Part shown: one piece after another, positions 51,082 through 63,950 of the stretch
Position numbering within the stretch: the stretch's first letter is position 1
Layout of the letters: the number at the start of each line of letters is the position of its first letter
Assembly: GCA_964188305.1 (NCBI GenBank)
Contig: OZ076901.1
Origin: Podarcis bocagei
Taxonomy: Eukaryota
Direction: 5' to 3' (one strand)
Length of the DNA: 64,000 nucleotides
Made by a program: the position numbers and the translations under genes
The notes under the pieces: generated by a model
Database searches by the model: none
Told to the model about the DNA's origin: nothing
Seen by the model: the letters and a program-made list of their open reading frames with translations, nothing else

Positions 51082-51343
51082 CAGTCATACTTCGGGTTAC
51101 AGATGCTTCAGGTTGCATTTTTTTCAGGTTACAGGACTGCTGAAACCCGGAAGTACCGGAACGGGTTACTTCCGGGTTTTGGGGGTTGTGCATGCGCAGA
51201 AGCGCTAAATCGTGCTTTGCGCATGTGCAGAAGCACCGAATCACAAACCATGCATGTGCAGATGCGCCGCTGCGAGTTGCGAATGCTGCAGGTTGAGAAC
51301 ATGCATCCTGCATGGATCACATTCACAAACTGAGTGTCCACTG
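51082..51343. mobile_element. Tc1/mariner(Tigger-like) MITE
   Basis: TA-cagtcatacttcgggtt...actgagtgtccactg-TA; internal aacccggaagt/acttccgggtt inverted motif. Confidence 0.65.
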
Positions 51344-51993
51344 TATTTGTTTGTTTTTGAATATTTGCACCCCTCTCTCCAGCCAAAAAGGCTTCCAGAG
51401 CAGCTTACAATCAAAACAAGACAGCCTCTACCCTCAGGCTTACAAGCTGAAAAAAGACAACACACAAGGGAAAAGGAACTGGGAGGGAAGAGGAAAATCA
51501 AAGCACCAATTTCTAAACAGTTGTCTAAACAGCTTTCTAAAGAGTTGTTTCAGGTGCAGGCAGTAGCAGGTGGAGCAGGGCTTCTGGCAAAGCTGATGGA
51601 ATGAGTCTTCTGCTTCCCATCTTTCCCACTGAGGCAGTCTGAGGGAATGGCTGTTCCCAGGTGATGGTAGAGGGAGAGTTGATTACTTATCAGTAACCAA
51701 GGGGAAAAGAACTCCCATTTTCACAAAAAAGCACACTTCATAGTCCCCCTGATGACTCTAGTAGGCAATATACAAATCCATTTGGACTTAAATATGACAA
51801 GCTCAGTCTAGAGCTGGAAGAAGCCAGGGGGGAAAAAGAGGCACATCTAACAAATACTGGAATAGCTGGGGATGGGGGAGGAACTTGATTCAGATTGCAT
51901 TTAAAGGTGAATCTATCAAATTCACTTTTGCAAAACAACATGAGAACCAAAAAACTGTTGTTCTTCAAAATTCACACTTCTCTGACTAATGTT

Positions 51994-52028
<35 letters not shown>

Positions 52029-53838
52029 TCATATACTAATATATATGAATATATTAGGGTGTGCATAGAAATGACTATATTAGTGAAAACAATATGCACA
52101 AAATTGCACTATATTAAAAGCAATTGCTTGCAAAAAAAAAAAAATGTGTACACTGGTGACCACTGCAATTAGGTGAAATTTGCAGTAAAATCCTAGTGAA
52201 TTTTCATAAGGATTCTCCTCCTCCCATCTCCAAAAAAACCAAATTGCTGCAGAACTGTGGAAAACTTTAGATTGGAGAAATAATGAGAAAGTGAGAAAAG
52301 CAAAATTGACAGAGCCTCCCACTCTTGACAAAACATTCCATCCCTAACAGCACAGGATAAAAAGGGACATCATATCTCTTTCCAACACCCTCATAGCAAA
52401 CCAGCCCCAGAGGCGAATTTAGGGGAGCACAACCAGCTTGGGTGCACTGGGCGCAGAGCCTTGGGGGTGTTGCAGAAGACTCTGCAACTATTAGGTAGAA
52501 TTGAGTGCGAGAGGTGGGGGGAAGCTGAATTTTGGTGTTGCACAGGGCACCACTGAAATTTGAGGCCCCAAGGACTCCCACTGCCAGCTGGCTACTGCAA
52601 AGTCAGAAAAGAGAAGCCCATGCCTACTGGTGGCTGCATACAAGCAGCAGGCAAGGGCAGAGGCCCGAGGTGGGCAAAGCAAATGGATATGGCTCTTACC
52701 TTTGTATGGTAGGTGATGTCCCAGCCATGCAAAAGGCAATGAGGCTCCTCCATGCAAATCTCTCCATCCACACAAGCAAGAGGCACCACCCTGGTGAAAG
52801 GACACCTTCTAGATATGCAAAAGCACTCGAGGAGGGAGCCACTGAGAGGCGTGGCTTAGGGAGACGGGGGTGTGGCCTGGGGAAGAGTGGGCGTGGCCTG
52901 GGGTAGGTCCTGAGGGTCAGTCAGAGAAGGCTGGAGGGCCAATTTCAGGCCCCTTCCTGAAACTGAGGATTCCCACCTGTAGGCTAGATGGGCAAATATC
53001 TCACCTAGCCAGCTTACAAATGCACAGTGAGAAGCATATCTATACCTATATAATTTCAGGCTTAGTATCATTACCCTCTTCCTGTCTCCCAGTTGTTCTT
53101 TTCGCAACCTGCATTTGCTAGGAAGATGCTTGGTCTCCTGTCCCACTGCCTGGGGAGGATGCTTTGTAATTGCATTAAAAATAGATTGCAGGCTGCGTAC
53201 ATTTACCGAGCAGCACGAGCCACACCTTTCAACATCGAGGCAGGCCAGCCATGTGAAACATTGTCTTTGGCTACAGTTAGGCAACTTGACGCGCTGTAGG
53301 GAGTGAATCATTCACTGCTGATATCCAAAAGCTCTTTGTTTCCTTGAATGAAATTATCCACTTTTCTCTCTCCACACCCACCCTTCCCCTGGTCTCATGC
53401 ACAACATTTATTTAGGGCTGATAGTAGGGCAAGATCTGCCTCTGTGGCAGATAAGTGGAATTCAGACGTGACGCTGCTTCCAGCATTCGTAAGGTATAAA
53501 CAGGATGGAGATTTTTAAAGTGACTCATGACTGGCAGCCATCGATTTTGGAGGGCACAGGCAGGACAGTCAACGGTATTTAGGTCGTTAGTCCAGATCAA
53601 ATGCATTTAGCAGGAATAGACGACCGTTCTTATTTGTTGGCATTATGTGGCCTACATTGTTTTGGGTCAGTAGGTTCTGCTGGGGCAAGGAAGCATTTGC
53701 CATTTACCCTCAGTGAAGCAAGGAGTTAGGGAGACTTATTCAAGCCAAGGGCTGCAGTCTCTCAGGGAGAACCTTCTGGAGGGTCACACGACAGCATAGG
53801 CAGGGCTAGAGGAAAAATGGGTGAAATAATGGGTGTGA

Positions 53839-54186
53839 GGGGATGCTGGTGGCGCTGTGGGTTAAACCACTGGGCTTGCTGATCAGAAGGTCTGAGGTTC
53901 GAATCCCCGCGACGGGGTGAGCTCCCATTGTTTGGTTCCTGCTCCTGCCAACCTAGCAGTTTGAAAGTACGTCAAAGTGCAAGTAGATAAATAGGTACTG
54001 CTTCGGCGGGAAGGTAAGCGGCATTTCCATGCACTGCTCTGGTTCGCCAGAAGCGGCTTAGTCATGCTGGCCACATGACCCGGAAGCTGTACACCGGCTC
54101 CCTTGGCCAATAAAGCGAGATGAGCGCCATGACCCCAGAGTCGGCCACGACTGGACCAAATGGTCAGGGGTCCCTTTACCTTTACC
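53839..54186 (+). mobile_element. Sauria-type SINE
   Basis: (tttacc)n tail; 12-bp TSD TAATGGGTGTGA (53827-53838, 54187-54198). Confidence 0.92.
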
Positions 54187-55634
54187 TAATGGGTGTGAAT
54201 TTCCCCCTCCTCCTCCTCCTTCTCATTCTTAGCCAAGTAAGATTGTCTTCCATAAACATAGTCTTAGTGAGTACATAAGTGACTGTGAAGGCCAATCCTG
54301 GATCCACACGTCCTTCCACATTGGGGACATAGGTTTCCAGGTGGGAGTTGATCATTGTGAGGGTTTGCTGAGCGTGCCTTCCTCTTAGCATGTCCTGAGT
54401 TTGAGCGTCTTCAAAGCCCATGACACCTTTGGTAAAGGCTGCTCTCCAATTGGAGTGCTCGCTGCATGTGAATTTCCTCTGTATGCTTCTGTTTACACAC
54501 CTCCATCCAAGTAAACATTAGGCCGTTTAACTGCTTAGACACATTTCAGCAGATCTAGTGAGGGGGCATGACCTAGGAAGACTTCTGAGGGTCAGCTATA
54601 GGGGCCCTGGAGAGCTGCAATTGGCCCACAGAGGGGAATTTCCCCACCTCTAAGCTACAGCAATGAATCAAGGTTACATGGAATTCCCTTGTTGCAGTAA
54701 AACCCTTACTATGCTTTGATTAACTTTTGCAAATGACAAAACAGTTATTATAATTGAATAAGTTAATATAAAGAAATGAGAAACATCTAAAGAAGGCAGT
54801 TAAGGAAAGAATAACTCAAATTGAGGTGGTGGACAGAAGTCAACACAAAAGGCTAGAGTGCTTAGGTCTGATAATTCAGAATAATAATCATGGGTTATTG
54901 GTGGAGGGAAAGATATTTAGTTATTATGCATTTTTAATTCTTAGTTTTAGTTTGAATTTTGGATGGAATTTATCTGTGTATGTATGTAAAGCAAAACTCA
55001 ATATTAATTATTTTAAAAAAAGAAAAAAGAATTCCCCTGGGAAATTTCACTCCATGCTCTTGACTTATCTTGAAATTCTGAAGATGTTTTCCTTGAATGG
55101 CAACCATTAAAATTGGTCCTACTTTTGACCAAACCTGGGTGGTGCTTTCCTGGTCTGTTTTACAGCTGGCACTGCAGTGGCTAACTTGAGCAGATCAATG
55201 ATGCTGGGCTAACTATCAGAACTAATATAATCTTGAAGGGCTTTGCCTGATGCACCTCAGCGAAAACTCTTAAATAGATGGAACACATTTTATTCAGTGT
55301 CGAGAGAAAGAAAGACCAGAAAATGTGGGGATGACACAAAGCAGTCAGTTGCAATGCTCCCATGAAGGACATTGTTTGCTGAGGCACAGCCGTGGCCTTA
55401 CATAAGGTGCAAGGCAAGCTATCAGTCTAATGGGATCAAGGCACGGGCATGTCTGCCTGTCAGTACCTGCTCCTTTAAGTGGCATTGGCTTCCTGTAATT
55501 CATTCATTGCCAGATGCTCAAACAATATTCCTACACAGGTCTTTCCCCTCTTGCTAAACACATAATCGAGGAAGGAGAATGATTAGGAAACCTAAAAAAA
55601 TTCACGGGAGGAACGAACAAGCATTGAGATCACC

Positions 55635-55995
55635 TTCTGAGGCCCTCCTTCATGTGCCCCCTCCTTGAGAGGTCCGAAGGGTGGCAAGATGAGAATGGGC
55701 CTTCTCTGCAGTGGCTCCCCATCTGTGGAATGCTCTCCTCAGGGAAGTTTGCCTGGCACCTTCATTATACACCTTTAGGCGCCAGGCAAAAATGTTCCTT
55801 TTCAGCCAGGTCTTTGGTACATCCTATGCCCTTTTAAAATGTGGGGGTTTTTTTTGGGGGGGGGCTATTGAGTTGTTTTTATTTTTATTATGTGGTCTTA
55901 TATCTGGATTTTTGTTCTATGGGCTGCCCTGGGACCCCCAGGTATGGGGCAGTGTATAAATTAAACAAACAAACAAACAAACAAATAAATAAATA
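55635..55995 (+). mobile_element. L2 LINE 3' fragment
   Basis: APHLWNALLREV...TFRRQAKMFLF motif, (AAAC)n tail. Confidence 0.7.
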
Positions 55996-56165
55996 GAGAA
56001 CTTGTATTAGTTATTATATATTCATATATTTTCTGTATTTTGGAAAGTGAGGACAGTTTGGCTGTTGCTGTTGTTGTTTTTTTACCCACCCTTTACTCCA
56101 AGGTCCCAGGGCAGGTTACAATGATTTAAAATGCAACATTAAGAAAAATTATTAAAACAACTGAG

Positions 56166-56522
56166 GGCTCAGCCACACTTTTTTGCTTGATCCGCATTTT
56201 GATCATAGCGTGTATCAATTGGTTTCTTATTGTTCCATGTAAAAATCCAAAAATCAGTGAATATGCTCAATTGGTTCTTTATCAGAAAAGCAGAAAATCT
56301 GAGAAAAGATTTTGCTTAACCAACCTTCAATTCAGCGGGTAAGATCGTATTTTTTTTTGCAGCGTACGGCTGCAAAACTAGGAGAAAAGCCCTTGTATCC
56401 AGTAGAATTAACTGATACACAATCTGATCAAAATATGGTTTGTAAGATGAGTACCTACAATCACAGAAATAAGATGGGTGCTGAAAATATGCACCTCCCC
56501 TTCAAAAGCAGGGGGCTGAGCC
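56166..56522. mobile_element. Possible PIF/Harbinger-like MITE
   Basis: Inverted termini ggctcagcc / ggctgagcc. Confidence 0.4.
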
Positions 56523-56554
56523 AGTAGAAGCAATCACTGAATTGCTTTTCATAG

Positions 56555-57040
56555 AATTGCACCACACACTAGGACCCTCGTACCTAAGGGACCGCCACTC
56601 TTGGTATGCCCCACGGAGGACCTTAAGGTCCACAAATAACAACACTTTGGAGGTCCCAAGCCACAAGGTGGTTAGATGGTCTCAACTAGGGCCAGGGCTT
56701 TTTCAGTACTGGCCCCGACTTGGTGGAACACTCTGTCACAAGAGACCAGGGCCCTGCGGGACTTGACGTCTTTCCGCAGGGCCTGCAAGACAGAGCTGTT
56801 CCACCTGGTCTTTGGTTTGGACTCAGACTGGCCCTTATGTTTCCCTCGCCTTGTGGTTTTGATTTATGGACTACTATTCAAATGAGGCTGCATTTTAAAT
56901 TGTATTTTAACCTGTATTTTAATAAACTGGGGTTTTTTTGTCTGTCTGTTTGTTTGCCCCCCCATTATGTTTTATTGTAATTTTATTGGTGTTAGCCACC
57001 CTGAGCCTGGCTCTGTCCGGGGAGGGCAGGGTATAAATAA

Positions 57041-57088
<48 letters not shown>
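56555..57088 (+). mobile_element. L2 LINE 3' end with (ATT)n tail
   Basis: LGPSYLRD...RAFSVLAPTWWNTLS...FRRACKTELF; (att)n ~57043-57088. Confidence 0.85.
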
Positions 57089-57133
57089 GTAATAGAAACG
57101 TAGCCTTACAAGGGACCCAAGGGTCATCTAGTC

Positions 57134-57608
57134 CAGTGTTTCCCAACCACTGTTCCGCGGCACACTAGTGTGCCGCGAGATGTTGCCTGGTGTGCCGCGA
57201 GATGTTGCCTGGAGGGAGGCGGGCGAATCGGGCGGCGAGAGGCGGGGCGGCGAGGAGAGGCCGCCCAGCGCGGGGCTCTCGCCGTCTGCCTGCCTGGCTG
57301 CCTGTGAGCTTGGCGGGCAGCGCCTCCGTCCGCAGCACCCGCCTCGCGGCTCTCATTCCCTGCCCCTGCCAAAGCTCTCCCAGCCAAGCCGCGCTCTCCT
57401 TCCTGCCTCGCTTTGCTGCCTCCTCCCACCCCCACAGCTTGGAGGTTCCCCGGCAAGGGGGAGGGGAAAAAATTGAAACTTACACTTTCGTGTGTCCCTC
57501 CCGGCGTGACGCTGCGTGCTGACGTCACAGGGCTGTAATGGTGGTGTGCCTCAAGATTTTTTTCATCAAACAAGTGTGCCTTTGCCCAAAAAAGGTTGGG
57601 AAACACTG
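57134..57608. mobile_element. Young CpG-rich hAT element inserted into a CR1/SINE tail
   Basis: TIRs cagtgtttcccaacc / ggttgggaaacactg; perfect 8-bp TSD ATCTAGTC. Confidence 0.92.
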
Positions 57609-58554
57609 ATCTAGTCCAACCCAAATCAGTGGTCCAGTAGTGAGCATCTCTTTTTGGCTGGTGCCTGGGTGATGGACTCCTGCTTTGTTCATCCCATCTG
57701 GAGGCAACCAGATGCAAAGGAGGAGGTCAGGGCACCTGCACCTCGAGGGTTGTCCTGCAGGGAGGATGCTGGCAAATGCAGCATGCCAGGTGAGTGTTGC
57801 TGAAACTCCCTTTGCTGAAACTCCCTGGGCCTGTCTTCCTCTGCACCTCCACCACCCTGATTCACAGTTCAAGGAGCAGCAGCAGCCTGGAAGCCTGGGA
57901 GGAAAGTGTAGGCTGTGCTGAGAATAAGGCCAGGATGGCCGGGACACTGCAAAGCAGGAAGGGAGATCAGCTGCTCCCCTTTGTCCCACTAGCAGCAGAT
58001 CCCACTATTAGCCTTGGCACAGGAAAGGGAGGCTTGGAAAAGAGGAATGCTTTTTCCTGCCGAAAGGAGGCCAATCTGGGCCTGGTTTCAGCTGGCATTT
58101 CCGATTGCAGCAGCAGCAGCAGCCCCGAATGCAATGTTCCAAGCCCAGCCCTGCAGCGATCAAGTTCTTGCCTCACGTGTGACCTCCTTTTCTTTTTTCC
58201 AGGGTGAAGATCTCTCTAGGGAGGGGCAAGAATGGTAAGCCGGCACACACAGCTCCCCTGATCAGCTTCCCAGCACTTTGCAATTAGGTGATTGCAGCCG
58301 GCAGGCTGGATCATGCGCCTTTCACGTGCCTCACAGCAGCCCTCTTGGAATGGGAAAACAGGCACTAAGTGGGCCACCCACTTGAGGCGAGAGGTGGAGG
58401 AAGAGGAGAGGGCAAGGAATGTATCATTATTGGGATATATTGTTTTCCTGCTCACATCCCTCTCTCAGGTGGAGAATGCTCACTTCCCCAATCAGTTCCC
58501 TCTCCTGATTTTGCAATTAGCACCAGAGGGGAAAGGGACAGGATGGGAACAGTA

Positions 58555-58801
58555 CAGTGGTACCTCGGGTTAAGTACTTATGGTAATTCGTTCCGGAGGT
58601 CCGTTCTTAACCTGAAACTGTTCTTAACCTGAAGCACCACTTCAGCTACTGGGGCCTCCTGCTGCTGCCACGCTGCTGGAGCACGATTTCTGTTCTCATC
58701 CTGAAGCAAAGTTCTTAACCTGAAGCACTATTTCTGAGTTAGTGGAGTCTGTAACCTGAAGTGTATGTAACCTGAAGCGTATGTAACCCAAGGTACCACT
58801 G
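58555..58801. mobile_element. Tc1/mariner-type MITE family A
   Basis: TA TSD, TIRs as at 30476. Confidence 0.9.
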
Positions 58802-58886
58802 TATTGCAGATGGGTCCCAGAATAGCAGAAGCAGGCAGAGCTTCTGCTAGCGTTGGGTGGAAGCATGCAGCTTGTGAGCGAGCCAT

Positions 58887-59022
58887 CAGTGGTGGCCAAA
58901 CTGGGGCCCCCCAGCTGTTTTTGGACTACAACCCCCGTCACCCCTAGCTAACAGGACCAGTGGTCAGGATGATGGGAATTGTAGTCCCAAAACAGCTGGA
59001 GGGCCCAGTTTGGCCACCACTG
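58887..59022. mobile_element. hAT-type palindromic MITE related to 7804-7939
   Basis: cagtggtggccaaact...agtttggccaccactg with ggactacaa/ttgtagtcc arms; TSD not evident. Confidence 0.75.
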
Positions 59023-59371
59023 CTCTAGGTGGATGGGTGGACAGCATTGGTGGAAGGATATGCCTGGGGAGAGTCCTGACTCCATAGAGCCTGGCTAAAA
59101 GGTTTATATTTGCCTCATGGGGAGAAGTCAGTACATTGAATTCAGGGGAACTCCAGTGTTGGCTACCCATCTTGGGCTGCAAGAAATGTGACACCTTGTG
59201 ATTTTCTGAGGGTTATAACCCTAGGTTTACTTTCAAAAATATGCCAAGGACTAATGCTGCAGGCATTAATTCTATTATACATTCTTATGGAGGTTTTTTT
59301 GTTTTGTTTTAAATGCTATGGTCAGTTTACTAACTGACTGAAGCTGTGGAAGGACAAGGTCTTGTGAAGTA

Positions 59372-59625
59372 CAGTCGTACCTTATTGGTTGAATAAGGTA
59401 CGACTGTACTTACGTTTTGGCTCCTGGACGCCGCAAACCCAGAAGTGAGTGTTCCAGTTTGCGAACATTCTTTGTAACCCGAATGTCCCACACTGCTTCC
59501 GAGGCTTCCGATTGGCTGCAGGAAGCTCCTGCAGCCAATCGGAAGCTGCGCCTTGGTTTTCGAATGTTTCTGTAAGTCGAACGGACTTCTGGAACAGATT
59601 CCGTTCGAGAACCAAGGTACGACTG
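59372..59625. mobile_element. Tc1/mariner-type MITE with rearranged left end
   Basis: TA-cagtcgtacctt...aaggtacgactg-TA; extra internal inverted TIR at 59392-59406. Confidence 0.8.
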
Positions 59626-60609
59626 TAAAAGACTTCACTTCCAAGGCAGCAAAGACAAGCCTTTTGCAATGTGCAGTGAAGGAAGGCAAGGCAGTGGTCC
59701 TTAAATGCCCACCCAGTCTACAATTGGCTCCTCATTTTCACCCGTGAAGTGTTGGATCCCCCTTGTAGCTTTACAGTGACCTGGCGTTGTTCTGGGTCTG
59801 TTCAAAGGAGGGCATGCCTCATCCATCCTTTCCCCTCATGTATAGATTTATGGAGGCTGGCATTTGCTATTTATGAACATGCTGACACCAAAGAACTTTA
59901 AATATAGGCCAACTAGTCATGCTATTGTGATAAGAAAGCAGCATGCATTCACACTCTCCCTTCCCTTCCTGAAACACACACAATGCTTGGCTGCATGGAC
60001 ATGACAATGGTAACAAAGATGCAAACCTCCATCCTTGCCCACTTCAGAAATTCCCTTAGACAGTCCCATGGCATTTGTTGCCCCATCAGATTGTTCAAGG
60101 ATGTGCACAGCCTTCACCTCCCTCCCGAGTGACCTACATATCAGACCCAAACAAATTAAGAGCTGACTAATAGTCTTGTTGACCGTAGGAGGTTGACTTG
60201 GTTATTTTGGGCTTAAGAAATTGTCCTTGTCTGCTTCCTGATGGGTGAACCTAAATGAGCTGCAGGCAATATAGGCTCAGTAAGAAATACATACAGCACT
60301 TGAAATGAGTGCTGTAGTCCATGGCAATATAGAAATGGATTGTCAGGGAATGGGGTGGTGTCTCTCACATATTCTGACTTTTTTCCCAGGCTTTTGCCTG
60401 TGGGGTGACATCACGCTCCTTGTTTGTTTCAATCGAGCCAGGGCTTTCTCATCAAACAAAAATTAAAAAAGAAAAACTTGGAAAAAAAGAAAAAGAAAAG
60501 GGAGAAGAAAAACAGGTTTGTTGAGTTACAGTCATGGAAGTTGAATCAGCCGCATTTGTGTGGAGCCTTAGAAGTGCGCGAGGGTTTTTGACATTCTGCA
60601 AACTCATTT

Positions 60610-61160
60610 AAAAAGTCAAGTTTATTTCTACAAAACAATACAATATAAAACATAAAAAGGAGGGAGAAATAAATGACAAGAGCAATGCAATATACAGGGA
60701 ACACTGAGACTTCCTCAAAGAATAAAAAGTTCCAGAATTCATGCTACATACATTGCCAAATATCTATAACTGCCAGTGCTCTCTGGTTCTGTAAGTCTTT
60801 GTTGAGTGCATATGTAATAAAGTTTTGCCAGGCAGTATGAAATGATTGTGGGTTCTTTTTTCCTTGCACAACTCAGATTTTCTGTACCATTTCTTCTGCT
60901 TTTGCTGTCCAAATCATTCTGTACCATGCTGTTAAGTTTAGGCTATCCAGATTTTTCCACTGCCAAGTGATGGCTTGCTTGGCCAGAATAGCAACTGTGA
61001 AATCACTTCCTTCGAACTGATATCCTTTTTAATGTCCTGTAAACAGAGGAAGCAAAAATAATTCTGCAGTAAATTCAATATCATAGCCTGTCATACTAAT
61101 CAGTTTCTTACGTACATAGGACCAAAACTTTCATTTCGGAGTGCATTCGCACTGGAAAGG
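60610..61160 (-). mobile_element. Degenerate L1/Tx1-like 3' fragment
   Basis: Minus strand FWSYVRK..., AKQAITWQWK motifs. Confidence 0.5.
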
Positions 61161-62639
61161 GACATTCTGGAAGTTCATTAAAAACAAAACAAAAGCCAAG
61201 ACCATCATTTGATAATCTAACTGGGAAATGCTATAGAAAGATAACATTTAAATCAGGGATGACTAACCTTTGCCAGCCATGTTTAAGGTTAGGCAACTCT
61301 CTGAGGGCTACAGATCATGCACATACTCTTACACACCACGCACAGACACTCACCAAACGTATAGCAAGCACAAACCCACACACAGGAACATAAGAAGCTG
61401 AGTCAGGCTACTGGCCTATCTTGCTCAAGGCTGTCAACACAGACTGGCATTAGCTTTACATTCCTAGCCCTACCATGAGATCCAAGGACTGAATCTGGGA
61501 CCTTCTCCATGTAGCTCAAATGCTCAACCACTGAGTTACAACATACACATACATACAGGAACATTCTCTCTCACCTCCTCCACCCTGACCTTCATCCTAG
61601 CAGAGAGCTAAGAAGTTTAAACCTCTCTTCCGCTCAGTGCTGGGATTCAAACACAGGTCCTCCCCCCCCCCCCATTCAACAGATGATGGATCTGGCGATC
61701 ATGCAGTGGATCGATTTCTGTCTTCACAAGGCCAGGATCTCATACTGTACAAAATAAATAAATAGTGTGCACTCCCATGAAAAAGACGCATAAGACAAAA
61801 CACAGCATTTGATCGCCCCAAGGTCATGTGGCTCAACTGGTAATATGAGAATCATACAATCACAAAATTGTCAAGTTGGAAGGGACCCCAAGGGTCATCT
61901 AGTCCAACCCCCTCTAGCACCACCTGAGTTTCCTGTGCATCAATGAAGCTAATTAGTTTAATTTGAGCTTCTGGCTTGGTTTTCCTGACCTGGTATATTA
62001 ATTTTATTTCCTGGTTGTGATGTGCAAGGGTTGCATTTGCTTTTGTTTCCTGGGTAGACCCTTGACCTCGGGATGGTGCATAATAACAGTACATTTCTTG
62101 TGGGGGGCGGGGACGAGGAATGTCAGAGAATTCTAATGAAAACGGAAGTGGAAATTGCTATTGTTCACTTACTGTATTTGTCCCCATGTCCAGAATGGAA
62201 ATCAGTCCAGCAAATATGATCTGTATTTGCTGCTGCTGCTTTCAGTCTGCAAGCAGTGCACAATCTGTCACATCCACCCACCCTGCCATTTGAATAGCAT
62301 TTCCTTTGAACTGAAATGAGTGGGGTGGAACAATGTAACAGCAATATAACTTACATAATTTATGTAATCACGCAAGAGGGGTAATTTCCACCACAGTTGA
62401 CAGAGAGACGAACGACGTGGTTTTGGCAAAAGGAGAACTGCAGCGGAACGGAAACCTCGCTGCATGCAGCTCATGTGGGGCAGAATGGAAAGTGATGCCT
62501 CCTTACATCCCTAGGAGGGACTGGCTTCTCCAGCTGTGGGAAGAAGGGGATAGCTGAAAAATGATGGAGCTCAGATCCGAGGCCCGAAGATGACTATGAT
62601 GGGTAGGCTCAGCCTGGCCCCATTCTGAAGGTGCACACG

Positions 62640-62835
62640 GGAAAGACCAAGGCTCAGTGGCAGACCATCTGCTTTGCAGGTGGGATCTGGTCCCAAGTCT
62701 TATCTCCAATGGCATCTCTAGGTAGGGCTGGGAGAAATCTCCCCCAGGAAACAATAGAGAGCCTCTGGCAGTCAGGGTAGACAGTTCTGAGTTAGATGGA
62801 CCAATTGATCTGACTTGGTATAAAAGCTAATACTT
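62640..62835 (+). mobile_element. Older tRNA-derived SINE (similar decayed copies ~39710-39870, ~45050-45190, ~61385-61540)
   Basis: ggctcagtggcagaccatctgctttgca A-box-like head; ggtagggctgggaga...tagatggaccaa body. Confidence 0.55.
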
Positions 62836-62881
62836 CCTGTATTCCCATGCCATGTTTGAAAATGATGGGGGAATGCATGTA

Positions 62882-63433
62882 CAATTGTACCTCGGGTTAC
62901 ATATGCTTCAGGTTACAGACTCCGCTAACCCAGAAATAGTACCTCAGGTTAAGAACTTTGCTTCAGGATGAGAACAGAAATCGTGCTCCGCCAGCGCAGC
63001 AGCAGCAGGAGGCCCTATTAGCTAAAGTGGTGCTTCAGGTTAAGAACAGTTTCAGGTTAAGTATGGACCTCCGGAACGAATTAAGTACAGTGGTGCCTCA
63101 CAAGACGAAATTAATCCGTTCCGCGAGTCTCTTCGTCTTGCGGTTTTTTCGTCTTGCGAAGCACGGCTATTAGCGGCTTAGCAGCTTAGCGGCTATTAAC
63201 GGCTTAGCGACTTAGCGGCTATTAATGGCTTAGCGGCTTAGCAGCTTTTAACGGCTTAGCGGCTTTAAGAAAAAGGAAACAAACTCACAAGAACTCGCAA
63301 GACGTTTCGTCTTGCGAAGCAAGCCCATAGGGAACGACTCAAAAAATGGAAAACTCTTTCGTCTTGCGCGTTTTTCGTCTTGCGAGGCATTCGTCTTGTG
63401 AGGTACCACTGTACTTAACCCGAGATACCACTG
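62882..63433. mobile_element. MITE family A containing nested MITE family B
   Basis: Outer termini caattgtacctcgggtt / aacccgagataccactg with TA flanks. Confidence 0.88.
63088..63411. mobile_element. Tc1/mariner-type MITE family B (nested)
   Basis: TA duplicated at 63086-87 and 63412-13; (TTAGCGGC)n core. Confidence 0.9.
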
Positions 63434-63474
63434 TATATACCACAGTCATTCAAATGAATACAACAACTACATTT

Positions 63475-63950
63475 GAGCTGGTGTGGTGTAGCAGTTAGAG
63501 CAGGGGTCAGCAACCTTTTTCAGCCGTGGGTCGGTCCACTGTCCCTCAGACCATGTAGTGGGCCGGACTATATTTTGAAAAAAAATATGAATGAATTCCT
63601 ATGTCCCACAAATAACTCAGAGATGCATTTTAAATAAAAGCACACATTTTACTCATTTAAAAACACACTGATTCCCGGACCATCTGCGGGCTGGATTGAG
63701 AAGGCGATTGGGCCGCGTCTGGCCCACGGGCCTTAGGTTGCCTACCCCTGAGTTAGAGCATGGGACTAGGACTTAGGAATCCAGGGTTCTGGCCCTTACT
63801 CAGCCATGAAGCTCACTGAGCGACCTTGGGCCAGCCACCGCCTCTCACCCTAACCTACTTTGCAGGGTTGTTGTGGGGATTAAATTGGGGGAGGGAGAGC
63901 CACGTATGCCAGCTCGAGCTCCTTGGAGGAAAAGGTAGGATGTAATTCAG
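63475..63950 (+). mobile_element. tRNA-derived SINE interrupted by a hAT MITE
   Basis: gtgtggtgtagcagttagag|catgggactagg...cagccatgaagctcactg...gggttgttgtggggattaaa. Confidence 0.7.
63501..63750. mobile_element. hAT MITE
   Basis: TIRs caggggtcagcaacct / aggttgcctacccctg; perfect 8-bp TSD AGTTAGAG. Confidence 0.9.

Noticed and set aside
50016-54186. Inverted pair of Sauria SINEs as a dsRNA structure
   Set aside because: 3.5 kb apart in apparently intergenic DNA with no evidence of a spanning transcript
57124-57989. ORFs of 100-197 aa
   Set aside because: Mostly within a GC-rich non-autonomous hAT element; no transposase or other motifs
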